A stretch of DNA of 63,902 bases, the filler included, from Gonapodya sp. JEL0774 (Eukaryota): assembly GCA_027604505.1 (NCBI GenBank). It is 3 parts of 3 records of this genome, joined end to end, with 100 filler letters (N's around TTAATTAATTAA, not from the genome) between each part and the next. Parts side by side here need not be neighbours in the genome. Positions count along the whole stretch, not along the records: positions 22,797 to 45,442 come from JADIIX010000239.1; 2 more parts are not named here. One strand, written 5' to 3'. The first letter of the stretch is position 1. Every line of letters begins with the position of its first letter. Under the pieces are notes generated by a model. It ran no database searches. It had not been told where the DNA came from and saw only the letters and a list, made by a program, of their open reading frames with translations. Of this stretch, positions 23,457-35,494 are shown piece by piece. A program made the translations under genes and the position numbers.

Positions 23457-24584
23457 CTACTCACCAACCCAACCGCCACTCTTCCCACCCGACTTTTCCA
23501 CGACTCGCACCCCACTGATCACCGCCCCTCTATCCGCCGCTTTGCACATATCATACACCACCACGCCAGCCACAGTGCACCCATGCACGGCCTCCATCTC
23601 CACACCGGTCCTGTCGAACGCGGTGACTGTGCACGAGATGTGCACAGGAAACCGGGGCACAGTTCGGGGGAGATCGTGAGCGGTTGCGGTTGAGGAGTCG
23701 GAAAACGCCGAGGGGAGTTTCACTCGCGCCGATTCAGGCAAGTAGTCAGTCACGCCCCCTTCCTCGCCATCCTCTGACACATGGGGAACGTCGACCTCCA
23801 CATCGACCCTCCCCAACGCGACGGCATGGCACAAGGGCACAACCTCCCACGTCTTCTTCGCGGCCGTCATTCCGGCCACCTTCGCCACCGCCACCGCATC
23901 GCCCTTGGCCAACGCTCCCCGCCGGAGAAGGGACGCGGCGTGACGGGTCAGGTACACGGTGCATCGGGCGGTGGCGCGGCGGTAGGTGGGGGGTTTGAAA
24001 AGGACGTCGACCATGTGGAGGGAGCCGGTGGGAGTGAGGTGAGTCAGAGTGGGGGAATCCGATGGAGCGGTGGTGGAGGCTGAGGAGGCTGCAGGAACCG
24101 GCGTTCCGTTCGCTCTACCCTTGGCCGTACCGAATCTCCGAACATCCGCGCAAGGTCCTCTCGATAATGTGCTCATACTGGTCAAGAGATGGAGTGGAAC
24201 ACCAGATCGAGTCCAAAGTCCAAATGCGAGTCCACGTTCACGTCCCCCATCACGACCAACATGACCAGAGAGTCCGAGTCCAGCTGGAAGTGGCTCCTGC
24301 TGCCACTGGGGAACACGTTGAACGCGCAAGGTAGGGATTCCACGACGAGGACCTTGGCTTGCCGATGGATTCAGTGGTACAAGAGAAGAAGCCGAGCTGT
24401 GCCGGACGGGGAGATCTGAGAGGCCAGGTGACACCGTCGCAAGTAGAGAAAAGGGAGACCACAAATGGCGCGCAGGGGAGGTTGTTGCCGATGGATGGGT
24501 ACGAGCGGGCGACCGGGGGTGAACGGACGTGGACATGGACGTGGAGCGGGGGGGCGGGTGCGCGAGGAAGCACGAGTGGGGCAT
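23457..24584 (-). CDS. moaC: Cyclic pyranopterin monophosphate synthase (MoaC/MOCS1B) with long N-terminal extension; true start uncertain
   Basis: LTHL..G..HMVDV..K..T.R.A.A, KGDAVAVAKVAGMTAAKKTWEVVPLCH, TGVEMEA, VYDMCKAADRGAVISGVRVVEKSGGKSG. Confidence 0.93.
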   Translation of the reverse strand: MPHSCFLAHPPPRSTSMSTSVHPRSPARTHPSATTSPARHLWSPFSLLATVSPGLSDLPVRHSSASSLVPLNPSASQGPRRGIPTLRVQRVPQWQQEPLPAGLGLSGHVGRDGGRERGLAFGLWTRSGVPLHLLTSMSTLSRGPCADVRRFGTAKGRANGTPVPAASSASTTAPSDSPTLTHLTPTGSLHMVDVLFKPPTYRRATARCTVYLTRHAASLLRRGALAKGDAVAVAKVAGMTAAKKTWEVVPLCHAVALGRVDVEVDVPHVSEDGEEGGVTDYLPESARVKLPSAFSDSSTATAHDLPRTVPRFPVHISCTVTAFDRTGVEMEAVHGCTVAGVVVYDMCKAADRGAVISGVRVVEKSGGKSGGWVGE

Positions 24585-25244
24585 CAGAAGTTGGGTACGG
24601 GGTCGTGGGTACCCCGGTGCCGTTGCTCGTCATTGGCATCCCCGATCCGTCGGCACTTGCCCGGCACAAATATAGGGGTTCCGGCAGTATGGGCGCTTTG
24701 ACTCTGTGAACAATCTCGCTCGAACTTGGAGCAAACTCCCACCCGCCTATCCTCGCCACCCGATCACCCAACATGTCACGCCACACCTGCTCACCTTGAC
24801 CGACCCTTCCCCTCCGCAGTTTCCATTGTGCACCGCAATTGCGCGCCAGCACGCCACCTTGTTCAGTATTCCAGTTCCCCGCCCACACCGCGATCCACAC
24901 TCCACGCTCCACGGTCCACGGTCCATCTCCGTACCAAGTTCGGGCCAAGCTTGCCATTTCCACACACGTAGGAAGATGTAACCCCACACCGCTGAAAACT
25001 GCCGTCAGGTCACCTCACTGGCCCGTCCGTGGTGTCACCTCAGTCCCAGGTCGCCGTCCCCCCGACCGCACACACTGCCGTGTCCGGCTCAGACAACCCG
25101 CCCCACATCCCATCGTTCTCTCTGTGTACTCTCAACCCCACCCTCCCTCTCCGTCCCTCCCCCTCATCCCCACCTGTCCGCTCCACCCCCACTTGTCCGC
25201 TCCACCCCCCACCCACCCACCCACCCACACGCCCCCCTCCCCCA

Positions 25245-25571
25245 CTACCCCCCAATCAACACCATGGGCCTATTCCCCCCCCTGGCCAACTCACCAGCCC
25301 CCCTATGTCCCGCCTCCTTCCCCCACACCCCGCTCGCCACGACCTTGTCGATCCTCTCCATCACCTCGCGCTCTGCCTCCGCCGTCCCCGCGGGGGCCCG
25401 CGTGGGATCTCTGAGTGCCGATCTGAGCGACACTTCCGACGGCGAGTGGAGGCAGGGCTTGAGGTGGCCGTCGGCGGTGATGCGGAGGCGGTCGCAGGTG
25501 GGGCAGAAGTGGGTGGTCATGGAGGTGATGAAGCCGAGGGGGGCCGAGGGGGTGTCGGGGAGGTGGAAGGT
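25245..25571 (-). CDS. moaA: C-terminal exon of GTP 3',8-cyclase (MoaA/MOCS1A); N-terminal radical-SAM part not found
   Basis: GFITSMTTHFCPTCDRLRITADGHLKPCL (CX2CX13C) and terminal NRPMVLIGG*; acceptor CCCCAG ending at 25572. Confidence 0.9.
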   Translation of the reverse strand, partial: TFHLPDTPSAPLGFITSMTTHFCPTCDRLRITADGHLKPCLHSPSEVSLRSALRDPTRAPAGTAEAEREVMERIDKVVASGVWGKEAGHRGAGELARGGNRPMVLIGG

Positions 25572-25789
25572 CTGGGGGCGGGAAGGCGGGGCGGTGGGGA
25601 AAGTGGGGTGCAGGTGGTGAGATGGTGGCGGATCGGAACACGGTGGAAACCACACAGAGCGGAGCGGGTGGATCCCCTCTCTCCTTTCTCAACATTCATT
25701 CTCCCATACCACGTCTATCCCCGCGAGGGGTCCCTCCACCAGGCCACGGCACCCCCCGCCGGCCCAGATGCTCGCCCACAACCCCCTTC

Positions 25790-25910
25790 AGGCCGCGCCG
25801 CCGCCCGCCCGCCCCGCGCCCCGCGCCCCCCCGGGCCCCCGGCGCCCCCGCCCCCGCCGCCGGCCGCCCGCCCCGGCCCCCCGCCGCCCCCCGGCCCCCG
25901 GGGCTGGGGC
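25790..25910. repeat. Almost pure C/G low-complexity tract
   Basis: About 120 bp with almost no A or T (CCGCCCGCCCGCCCCGCGCC...). Confidence 0.85.
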
Positions 25911-26325
25911 GTGGTGCTCTTTGCTCGAGCTTGATCTTGCTCTCAGTTCATTTCGTAAGGGATCCAAAGGAGTGACAGGAATCGTGAGCTTGTTTGTGAA
26001 GGCCAAATCGTGATCATTTCCCGCTTCCGCTCTGTGTGACAAAACGCTCAAATGATTTGATTATCAAATTAATCTCTTGCACTTCTCCCATCCTATACTC
26101 AACGCCACGTGGTCCAGAAGACTTTCTCTCCATCCCATTTTTATAAGTATTCGTTGCATGCTTCCCAGTTCAATCTTGTGTAATCATCTTTATGCCATCG
26201 ATTGGAGTGTATTCGCAGGCATTGTGGTTGCGGACTTTCTCGTGAGCAAGGGTGGGCTTGAACGTGATCTGTCTACTACCACTAAACTGAAAACCTGGCC
26301 AGCCCTCCAAAAGTTACGCACAACA

Positions 26326-27816
26326 ATGGCGGCAACTGCGGAAACGCATCACAAACAAGTGAGACTGAATGGAATTGGAGAGTGGAGCGCAGGTGAATGC
26401 CTCCCCGTCTCGACCGCGCCCCCAGCAAAGACCTCACATTTCCCGTCCGTCAAACCTTGGTGATTCATCACACTTGGAACTCGCAGAGTACGATACAATG
26501 CTCGAGGGAATCGCACGGACATCAGAACTCAAGTGGGATGTTTCTTAGCATTCTTTCAAGCTCAATTTCTGACACCTGGCACTCTCGTTCACATTCAACC
26601 AATGTTTGATCATCTGCCACTTCTCTTTTCCAATCGGCACTGCAAAAGAAACCCTTGGCCGATTGTTCGAGATGCTATTCGCTTGAAGCTTGAGCGGATT
26701 CTCAAGGACCTGGAAACTGAGGCTGCGCCAATCGCGACCGATGTCCCACGCGCTATAAATCCCGACGCGAATCCATTACCACCGCCAGCCACAACCTCCC
26801 TTCCGACATCGCTTCTGCCGATTGAGGATTTGGAGGAATCTACGCTAGAAGTACCACCACAACCGCCTCATCAGAACCTGTCCATCGGCCCACACGGGGA
26901 GACGCTCGTCGAGTTCGAAGTTCGGTTATTCGGGGCCCTGGATTGCTTTAACGAGTGAGTGGGCTGTGGTGAATGACATTAAGTCGGTGGGTCGTTTGCC
27001 TTTTCTGAAGATCCCCCAAAGATGGAGGACTGCAGGAGTTCCTCGCTTTCATAGTACCCATTTTTCGCACACGTCGATGAATGACTCTTCAAATTTACTT
27101 GTAACCGTCGTTCCAGTCTCCCTCCGTTCACCATTCAGCGCCTGTGCGAGCTTCTCACCTTTCACAGCAAACAATACACTTCCTCTCAATGGAAGTACCT
27201 CGCTGCTCTGGAGAAAGTCCTTTCCGTTACGTCGCCCTTTTTGGATCCACCAGGCCCCGAAGGAGGAATCTCGACGGACGAGGCAAACGGGACTGTGAAC
27301 GGGATCGCAGAAGATCACACCCGAAACCTCATACCTGGAGCCCAAGAGGGACAGCACGAGGAACGAGAGACCGGAAATGGGTTTGGTGGTGGGCCAACTC
27401 AACCTGAGTTGGAAGGTTGGGACGGGCTGCGTTCTCAGCCACCGGCGTCGCAACGGAGTAAGTTTCACATCTTGCGAATGGATGACCCTGTTTGATCCTA
27501 CTGATCACTTTTTCTGTTTTGTTCATTCATCTTATCCGCGAAAACTGTCGAAGTCTCTTCCTTTCCTTCATTCTCTTCCATCGGATCATCCCGATTGCAT
27601 CTTGACGCAGGTTCGCTCGAAACCTCGGAAGCGGGATCTCGCCTTGACTGGTCAACAGTTGCTGATGACGATGATGAACATGGCCCAACAATGGATGAGC
27701 TTCTCAACATGGGAGATGACGAGCCTCCCTTGGAGAATAGTGAAAGCGGTTCTACGCAGAGAAATCTTGAGGAACGTGGGGTGATCAAAGATGAGGAAAA
27801 AATGGACCTAACGTGA
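26326..27816 (+). CDS. PPP4R2: Protein phosphatase 4 regulatory subunit 2 (PPP4R2/Psy4-like), multi-exon
   Basis: PW..VR..I..KL; PPFTIQRLCELL...Y....KYLAALEKVLSVTS (~27120-27235); long acidic C-terminal tail. Confidence 0.85.
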
Positions 27817-28196
27817 ATTCATTCGAATGGCATTCGTCGCAAGTTGTGAGAATACAGAAAAAAGGATCGAATTAATTGCCTTGGACCGCTAAGCACCACA
27901 TGCACGTTAGACCCAGTTGGAGAATGATGTATTCTAATAGTAATCTACACGTGATCTCTTGTACAGCAACAACTATGAAGGGTGTTCTTTCAAAATGGGG
28001 TGAGAACCAAGCTGAAAGATTTTTTGTATGAAGCTAAAATTATGTTGTATCGCAACGACAGCCAATTGCCTATTTAGTGGTTGATTGGGATTTGAAAACG
28101 GAACTGAGGGTGATTCTTCGTGGATTGTGAATGACAGTGTACACCATCGGTTCCTTGATTCAAAACTTCGCCATCAATATATTGCGTGACTAAGGT

Positions 28197-31100
28197 TTAC
28201 ATGCCTCTGCCGCGGATCTGGTGTGGTAACCTCTGCCCGTCCCTGGGAGTCCCCGCTCCCATGAACTCGACCCCGGTGGCACCTTGATAGACGACATCGC
28301 CATACACAGGCATGATTCCACCAGGGCGAACTCCACCCTGCAGCGCGTTGGGGTCCATTCTCACGCCATATCCGCCCGTAGGCAACTGCTGACTCGGTAA
28401 AGGTGCTCCTGAGGGGTCTGGGAACCGAGGTGCATATTGTCCCCCATAAACCGGCCCCATGGGTGAAGGACCTCCATAATATCTTGGAGACAAACCTCCC
28501 GCATCCAATGCATTCTGTCTCGCGGCAGCGCGATGCTGGGCAAGCACATATTCCTCATAGCTACCTCGAGGTAGGTTGCCGGAAGCGTTAGCTGGGATAC
28601 CAGAATTTACGCCTGAGACCATATTGAGACCAGTATTGTTGGGACCGTAAGCACCAAAAGTGCCCTGTGTTGGGCGAGCTCCGCGGCCGTCCTGACGATA
28701 GAATGGATCCGCCTGAGCAATGCCAATATCTCGGAAATCTGGTGAGCCAAAACCAAAGGAGAAAACGCAATGTCAAATTTCTTGTGACAAATTGCATTAT
28801 CCTGTTGCTTTGCTGCTTACCATCACCGCCCCTCACGATTTCCGCAGCAAACTGCTGTCTTCTCCCCATATCCAGAGCAGCTCCTCTTCCAGCGGCAATC
28901 CCTTGTTGCAACAAGCCGGTGAGATATTGCGCAGCTACACTGTTTCCCTCACTACCACCAGCTGTCGGCCTGGACACTCCTGCGTGCATAGGAACCTCCG
29001 ATCTTGGCACAGCAGATGCTTGACCAACTCCCGCTCCAAGTCCTGAACGTCCGTTGTAGTTTGGGCTCCGTTCCACCATCACCGGGTACGGGTATCCAGG
29101 TTGCTGTTGTGGAGGAACCGGCAACCCTCCTCCAAGCACCGGCTGTCCCTGTTGCGGGGACTGTTGTCGCGCAGGCTTTGCATTGGTTAGCATACTCATA
29201 ACACGCTTGAAGTCGTCTCCCGAAGCCACCCCTGCTACACCACTGCCAGTGAGCGTTGACCCAGCCACAGCAGTTGCTGGAGCTATACCTGACAGCGGTA
29301 CGGATGATTTCTGGCGAACACCGAGGGCCTGAAGAAGCTCTTGCTCCAAAATAGGACGCTTTGCAGGGTTCGGGTTCATAAGATGAGGTGGTCCAGAATG
29401 GTAGGGAGCGGTGAGGTTGGGAGGTAAGGGTGCGGGTTGCTGTTGTTGGGGAGGGACACTTAGATTCCCGGCAGCAGATAAAGAATTTGCTACAAATCCA
29501 TTTGCAGAAGCGAGGGGAGGCGAAAGAATGTCGGTCGACCTTCCCAGGAAGCGTTCGGGCAACGTCTGCATACTATCTGGTGTTCTCCTCATGCCCGCAA
29601 AATTGTTTCCGCTCCCATTTAACATGCTCATACCGGACCCGTCACTTGCAGATCTCGCTGCAGCAACCAGAGGTGCTCCAACTCCGCTAGTCAAGCCCAG
29701 AACTTCCACGGACTTCGTCGCCGCCACACCAGCAATTGGGTTTGCTGGTCCACCTGCGCTTGTTGTCACATCATCTCGCCCAGCCACGAAAAACTTGGCA
29801 AACCGAGAGGCTTTTTCTGGTCCTGCTGACAAAGGTTCCGAACTCGTCGCCTTCGCCGATCCTGCTGCTATAGGTGGGTCAGGAGGGAGCCCAACAAGGG
29901 CAGCTGGCGACGTGAGCTTTGCAGCAGAGACAGTGGGTAATTGAGAATCAGTCGCTGGTGTAGGCAGTGTTAGCTCTGCCTGTCGTCCAATGTCACTTCC
30001 AGGTATGTACTCGTCCTCCTTCCTCTCGCCCATCGTGGTGAGGGTGTCGCCTCTTGCTTCCCTAGCTTTCATCATAGCCTTGAATTTCTGTAGATCGTCC
30101 ATCTCGTCGCCTCGGCTGCCGGTTGACCCCGTTGTACCAGATACATCGTTATCAGTGTCCATCCATTCAGGCTTCTTCCCAGTACCAAAGCCTCCAAGTC
30201 CCGTGCCACCTGCAACATCCTCGGACGGTACACCAGTGGAGTCAGAGAGACCCCCCGGACCGCCTCCAACACCTCCACCCTGTCGGTCCGTCATTCCTCG
30301 GCCCACGCCCCTTCCTGGTGCGGCAAGAGGCGGGCGAGCGGTTCGCCAATCCCGGTCATTTGTCGCTGAGCTGGACGGTCGCGCTCGAGACGAATCACTG
30401 GGTGTTCCGGCTCCCCGCCCTGAAGCTCCCGTTCGCGCGTTTGTGTTGTCGAGTTTGGAAGGTGATGATAAAGTGGAATTGTCGGACGGTGAGTCCTTGT
30501 CGAAGCGCCGAAGCTGAAGCTTGCGATCACGCTCAGACCGTTCATGGGGGCGGTCGCGTTCGTCCATAAACTAGAGTTCGGGAATGACGCTGGGGTCAGT
30601 CAGATGAGGTGCTTCCTCATCGCATGAAAACCACCCGCCACCACCCAAGCAGACAACACTACGCAAGCAAGATTTGACCGAACTCTCTTGATTCTGAAAC
30701 CCGGCATCCAGCGATCAAACAGTCCATTCACAAACTCACCCTTCCTCCTCGGCCAAACAAACCCCTCAACTCCCTGCTCTGGTCCTCCTTGTCCTTATCA
30801 CCAGCTTTGCGCTCATCTGCAACACTGGAGGCAAAAGACATCTTTGGGGGCGCCAATACAATGGATGATTTGGGAGCGGATGATGTAAAGGTGGTGGGAT
30901 CGGATGGTGACGGGGAATCAGCTGGGAAGGAGAAGTATGCATCAAAATCACAGAAATGTAGCTATGTACCGACTGAAATATGATGAAATTCGGATGAAAT
31001 CATGGCACGGGTGGCTGGTACGACACTACCAAGGAACAGCCTGACCGTTTCCTTGCCTCAAAAATATCGACGTAGCGCTATAGCGGCAGACACCACTCGT

Positions 31101-31817
31101 TTCTTCTTTCCAAGTGAGCTGGTTTCGGCATTGGTAATCCTTTCTTCGTCTTCCCCAACGGCTTCGGAGAGTTGCACCACCCACCGGAGGTATCTACTCG
31201 TAACCCATCCCGGTCACGATGGCCCCCCCGCTGATAAGGCCTTGTCGAATCTCTGTCACGGTCACGTTCTGTTTGTCGGTCTGACAGACCGTTGAAGGTT
31301 CTCTCCCTGGGATGGTGGTCTTTTGCAGGGGGATGATCGTCCGGTTTATGGCTACGGACCCATTAAGATGTGACGGTTTTGAAAGTGAGTAGGAGAGACA
31401 GTAAAAGCAACCATGAGACGAAAAAAAGGAACGCTCTCGCACTGTTATGGTGGGGGGAGTCGTTACTTCATTCCATGACCCAAAGCGTTTTGTTCAGGCG
31501 AGTTTCCATTTTCAGTAACTTGCATAAGCCTTTGGTGCGAGTCAGTGTCTCGCAATTCCTGTTGGACGTTCTCCAGCGAGTTCCTCAGGCATAACTCGAA
31601 TTCCGTGAGCAATGATGCCCGATTCCCATTTATTCTCTCGGGCATTACTACTATCAAGCATCACTTACTGAAAATACTCGATCGGAGGCAACTGAGGGTG
31701 TTTCTCCACCAATGGTGAGTCTCGCAGTGCCAAAAGTGTTGCCTTCTTGTACCGGATCACAGGCTCACTAGCAGGTACAGCAGTAAGAGCGATAGGTGAG
31801 GTTGAGTTGTTGTCCAT
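28197..31817 (-). CDS. eIF4E-binding translational repressor, 4E-T/Eap1-like, multi-exon and largely disordered
   Basis: Exon 1 MDNNS..IRYKKATLLALRDSPL (YxxxxL-phi, 31731-31751); IVLAPPKMSFASS (~30833-30862); KKPEWMD (30157-30171); DDLQKFKAMMK; SRFAKFF (29788-29808); Q/P/G-rich C-terminus. The 31.0-31.65 kb exons were not fully resolved. Confidence 0.72.
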
Positions 31818-32480
31818 ATGGCAATGTGAGAGTCGGCGGTGTGGATGCGAGGTGATATGTTTAGTCTAATGAGAGTGGGTTTTGAGGAACCGACCCGTTG
31901 CCGCTTATTTGCCTGCGAGTTTGACCTCCCCCACTCAGACGTGCACACATTATTTGCTTCCCCCCCTAACCCAAAACTTGGAAATGGTTTGATTTTGAAT
32001 TCTTCACTGTGAATATTATCCAAGACACTCGGTCCAGTCCCTGCGGATAATAAACGTCAATGCATATAATCTTTATATCGAAATTGCGTTTCCCGCTGCT
32101 TGACGACGGTACCGGACTCATGAAGCAAAGCTAGATGTACAATAAAATGATCGAAAACCGGCAGGTCATATTTTTTGGAGGAAAAAATGCCGGATTAGAG
32201 AGTTGGTTTTTACGGACGGTTCGGTCAGACCTCACAGGGCATTCAATAATAAATTGATTCCGATTTGTGCTGAAACCAGACATGATAAAAGTAAACCCTC
32301 TGCTGGCCACAGCCCGTGCTCCGAAGATTCGCTCGCCATAAATGGGGAGTCCGTCCTGGAATTTAATCGTGATACATTGCTCAATAATGTCTGTGTCGAA
32401 GCGTTTTTGACGGGTCATTTCATAAATTCACAAGATTCAGTTCAATCGCATCTTTCGAAACATTCAAGGGATCGAGGATA

Positions 32481-34871
32481 ATGGTTGTCTCACAGAGCGG
32501 TGGTGTAGTTCCGCTCATAACAGAACAACAAGAGCGAGCTCTCGTCAGAAAGTGAAGTACCACTCAGTTCATCACGATTTGTGTCTCAAGCATCGAAACG
32601 CACACCAACATCTATGTCATTTGATTGAACAGAATCGATATCCACATTCTACCAGGTGTCATTTGGCTTCTTCTGCTGAGCGTCAGTGTTATCATGTAAT
32701 TCCACATCATCTTTCATGTGGTGATCCCTCCTTGTCTTAGTATATTGACAGATCGAATCTGGGAAATGTGAAAGTGACCAACAAGGACAGTGGACGGGAT
32801 ATTGTTTCTGAGCTCCACATCTCCGATGTGCAATGGCAACTTTCGATTTCAATATTCTATATTGGCTTCGGTAGGTATCCTTTTACGACACGTGACGGCG
32901 CTGCACTCTAAATTCCATCTCGATGATGCTGGCTTTCAGTGCTCGCGGAGGTACCATATAGCTTGCTCTTCAAGACTGCTGGACCATCTCGATGGATATC
33001 ACGTATTATTGTCTCTTGGGGTAAATTTTCTGATCGACTGTGATGACACTGTCGTTTGGTGCAGAGATTGCAATTCACTCTGCTCTTTGCTCACATGCTT
33101 ACAGGGATAATCGCGTTGTGTCATGCCTTTCCCAATGACGCGACGGGTCTCATTTTGTGCCGCTTTTTCTTGGGTATAGCAGAAGCTGGATTCTTCCCCG
33201 GTAAGTAGCTGTTGCTCGAATTTGCTGCCATTTATTACTGATCGCCTTCCTCCTCAGGCATCATGCTCTACTTTGCATATTGGTGAGTTTTCGGCGATGG
33301 ATCATTTGCCGCGTGTCAATCGACGTGGCCACTAACATAATGATCTCCCGGTGCAGGTACACCCAACGTGAATTTGCCACACGAGTGGCCTTTTTCACCT
33401 CTGCAACAGCTCTTTCTAGTGCATTTAGTGGCCTCCTCGCATATGGTATCGCATTCTTGAATGGATCGGGCGGTTGGTCAGGATGGAGGTAGGTGGTAGT
33501 AATAGGGAGGCGAAGATTGTAGACTGCACTTTAACACTGTTACACGATGGTGCTGTAAGATGGATCTTCGCTAGTAAGTGCCTTTGAAGTGGCCACCGAA
33601 CGCATAATGCCAATGAAGCGCATCTGAAGTCGAAGGAATTCCTTCCATAATTTCGGGAATTTTTGCTTGGTTCCTCCTTCCCGATGTGAGCTGTCGATCA
33701 AGAGTCCAATGGCTTCCTCAAATTGAAACTCTCTTTTAAAAGTTTCCCCATACGACGTCGTGGCTCACGGCCGAGGAAAAAGTTTGGGTGGAACGACGAC
33801 TGGGTTCCTCGGCCCCGTCTGCAGTTCACGACAAAAATTTCGACAAGGATCAGTGAGTCTCGAAGATGTTTTAAGCCTTTGGTAAGATTGTGTCGCAGCA
33901 CGTTCTGATATTCTGTTTGACCGCAAATCAGATTTGTTGCGGTATTCACCGATTTGCATTCTTGGCTGTTCAATCTTATATGTGCGTTCACATCGTCGTC
34001 CAAGATTTTTGTGCTTACACTTCAAAACCAAAGCACCACCTGGCCCCTGCCCACAAAGTTTTCTGTTCGATTGTATCGGGAATCGCACTCTTGTATTGGT
34101 TGCCGACGATCATTCTTAATCTTGGTTTCTCTTCGACAAATGCAAACCTCATGACTGTACCACCATGGATCACCAGTTGGATTGTTGCGTTGGCCGTCAG
34201 TTGGAGTGGGTGACAGATGTCGGTCCTCTTAAATTATAGTTAAGTTAATAATTCTACTTCGGCTTTCTCGCAGATTCTGACCGCACCCAAGAACGTGTAT
34301 GGCACCTGCTTGGAGCTGCGTCCACCTTTCTTGTAGCCATCATTCTCTTTGCCGCGGTGCCTCCTACGCCTGGAGCAGGTGCTGGATTCCTATATTTCAC
34401 GACCTGTAAGTTGTTCCGCACTTCTTTCTTACGCTCGATCAAGGGCGTCGTTGTTGTCATTTCGGTCTCCTGACGGAAGCGGTGCTTCATGACTTCCCCC
34501 TGCAAACAGTTCTCGCGTCAGCCGGTTCAGCAGCAGGTGCTCCTGTGCTCTGGGCATGGCGGACTGGAACGTCCAAAGGGGCAACAGGAACTGCAGTCTC
34601 AACAGCTTTGATGAACACCATCGGTGCAATCGGCGGGGCCTTTTCTAGCTTCATTTTCCGGGCAGATTGGGGACCTCGATTCGTCCCTTCGTTCACGATT
34701 TGCGCTGTGTTGCAAGCGATCGGTATCACTGGTATTTTGATCAAACATTACTGGTCGGATGAGATTGATGCGCTGCAGAAGCGCATTGGTGGCGGATTGC
34801 AGAGCTTACATTCGAGAGACCACTTGGAGGGAGATGCGACAAGCACAGAAAAGCTGGCGCTTAAAGAATGA
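32481..34871 (+). CDS. MFS transporter, anion:cation symporter family (Dal5/Tna1-like), many short exons; start uncertain
   Basis: ERALVRK|IDIHILP, YIDRSNLGN, CRFFLGIAEAGFFPG, YTQREFATRVAFF..SAFSGLLAYGI..GWSGWR, WLPTIILNLGFSSTNANLMTVPP. Confidence 0.9.
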
Positions 34872-35494
34872 TGGAGCGGGGTACTTGACGGTAGACATGT
34901 GGGTCGGGCTATGTACGTCAGCAGAAGTGGTTCCCGATAATAGTGAATGAATATTCAATCAGAGATCAAATGGACATCACAAGTTATGTCGCCTTTCGGT
35001 ATGAATTCTTTATTTACAAGAGCTCCAGGTTGTTGGTGTCCTGCGCCACCCAGAGGCTCTTGCTGTCCTCAACCCACAACTGTGTCACGCCCAAACGATT
35101 ACCTCCAGGAAGGCGGGATCGCACTCTGGATGCAGCTTGGAGTCGCAGCAAAGGTGTGTAGATTGCGTGAAGTTGGTGACTGACAGTTCGCGGATCCCTT
35201 CTCGCTCCCATTGTCTATGATTGGTATATGATTGGTGTGTTGCCGTCGACACGGGGCAACGATGACCGTTTGAGAGAAAAAAACAGTCGTGAACAAATGC
35301 CTGCGGAATAGTTGAGATCTTTCACGGCATTTCTTCGTGTTGCATCGCTGTCCAAACCTGATTGCATAGAGTTCACCATCACTTTTTCAACCTTCACCCC
35401 TCTGGAAATACCCGTTCTGTAGTACTCGTCTTCAGTTGCGATCTCTCCTGCATCTCGCGACACTGCATACCCGGAAACTACCCCAGTTGCCTCA

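Noticed and set aside
24839..25975. Long Pro-rich plus-strand ORFs (e.g. 25029-25934)
   Set aside because: Shadow frames of the C-rich strand opposite moaA and of the GC-only tract.
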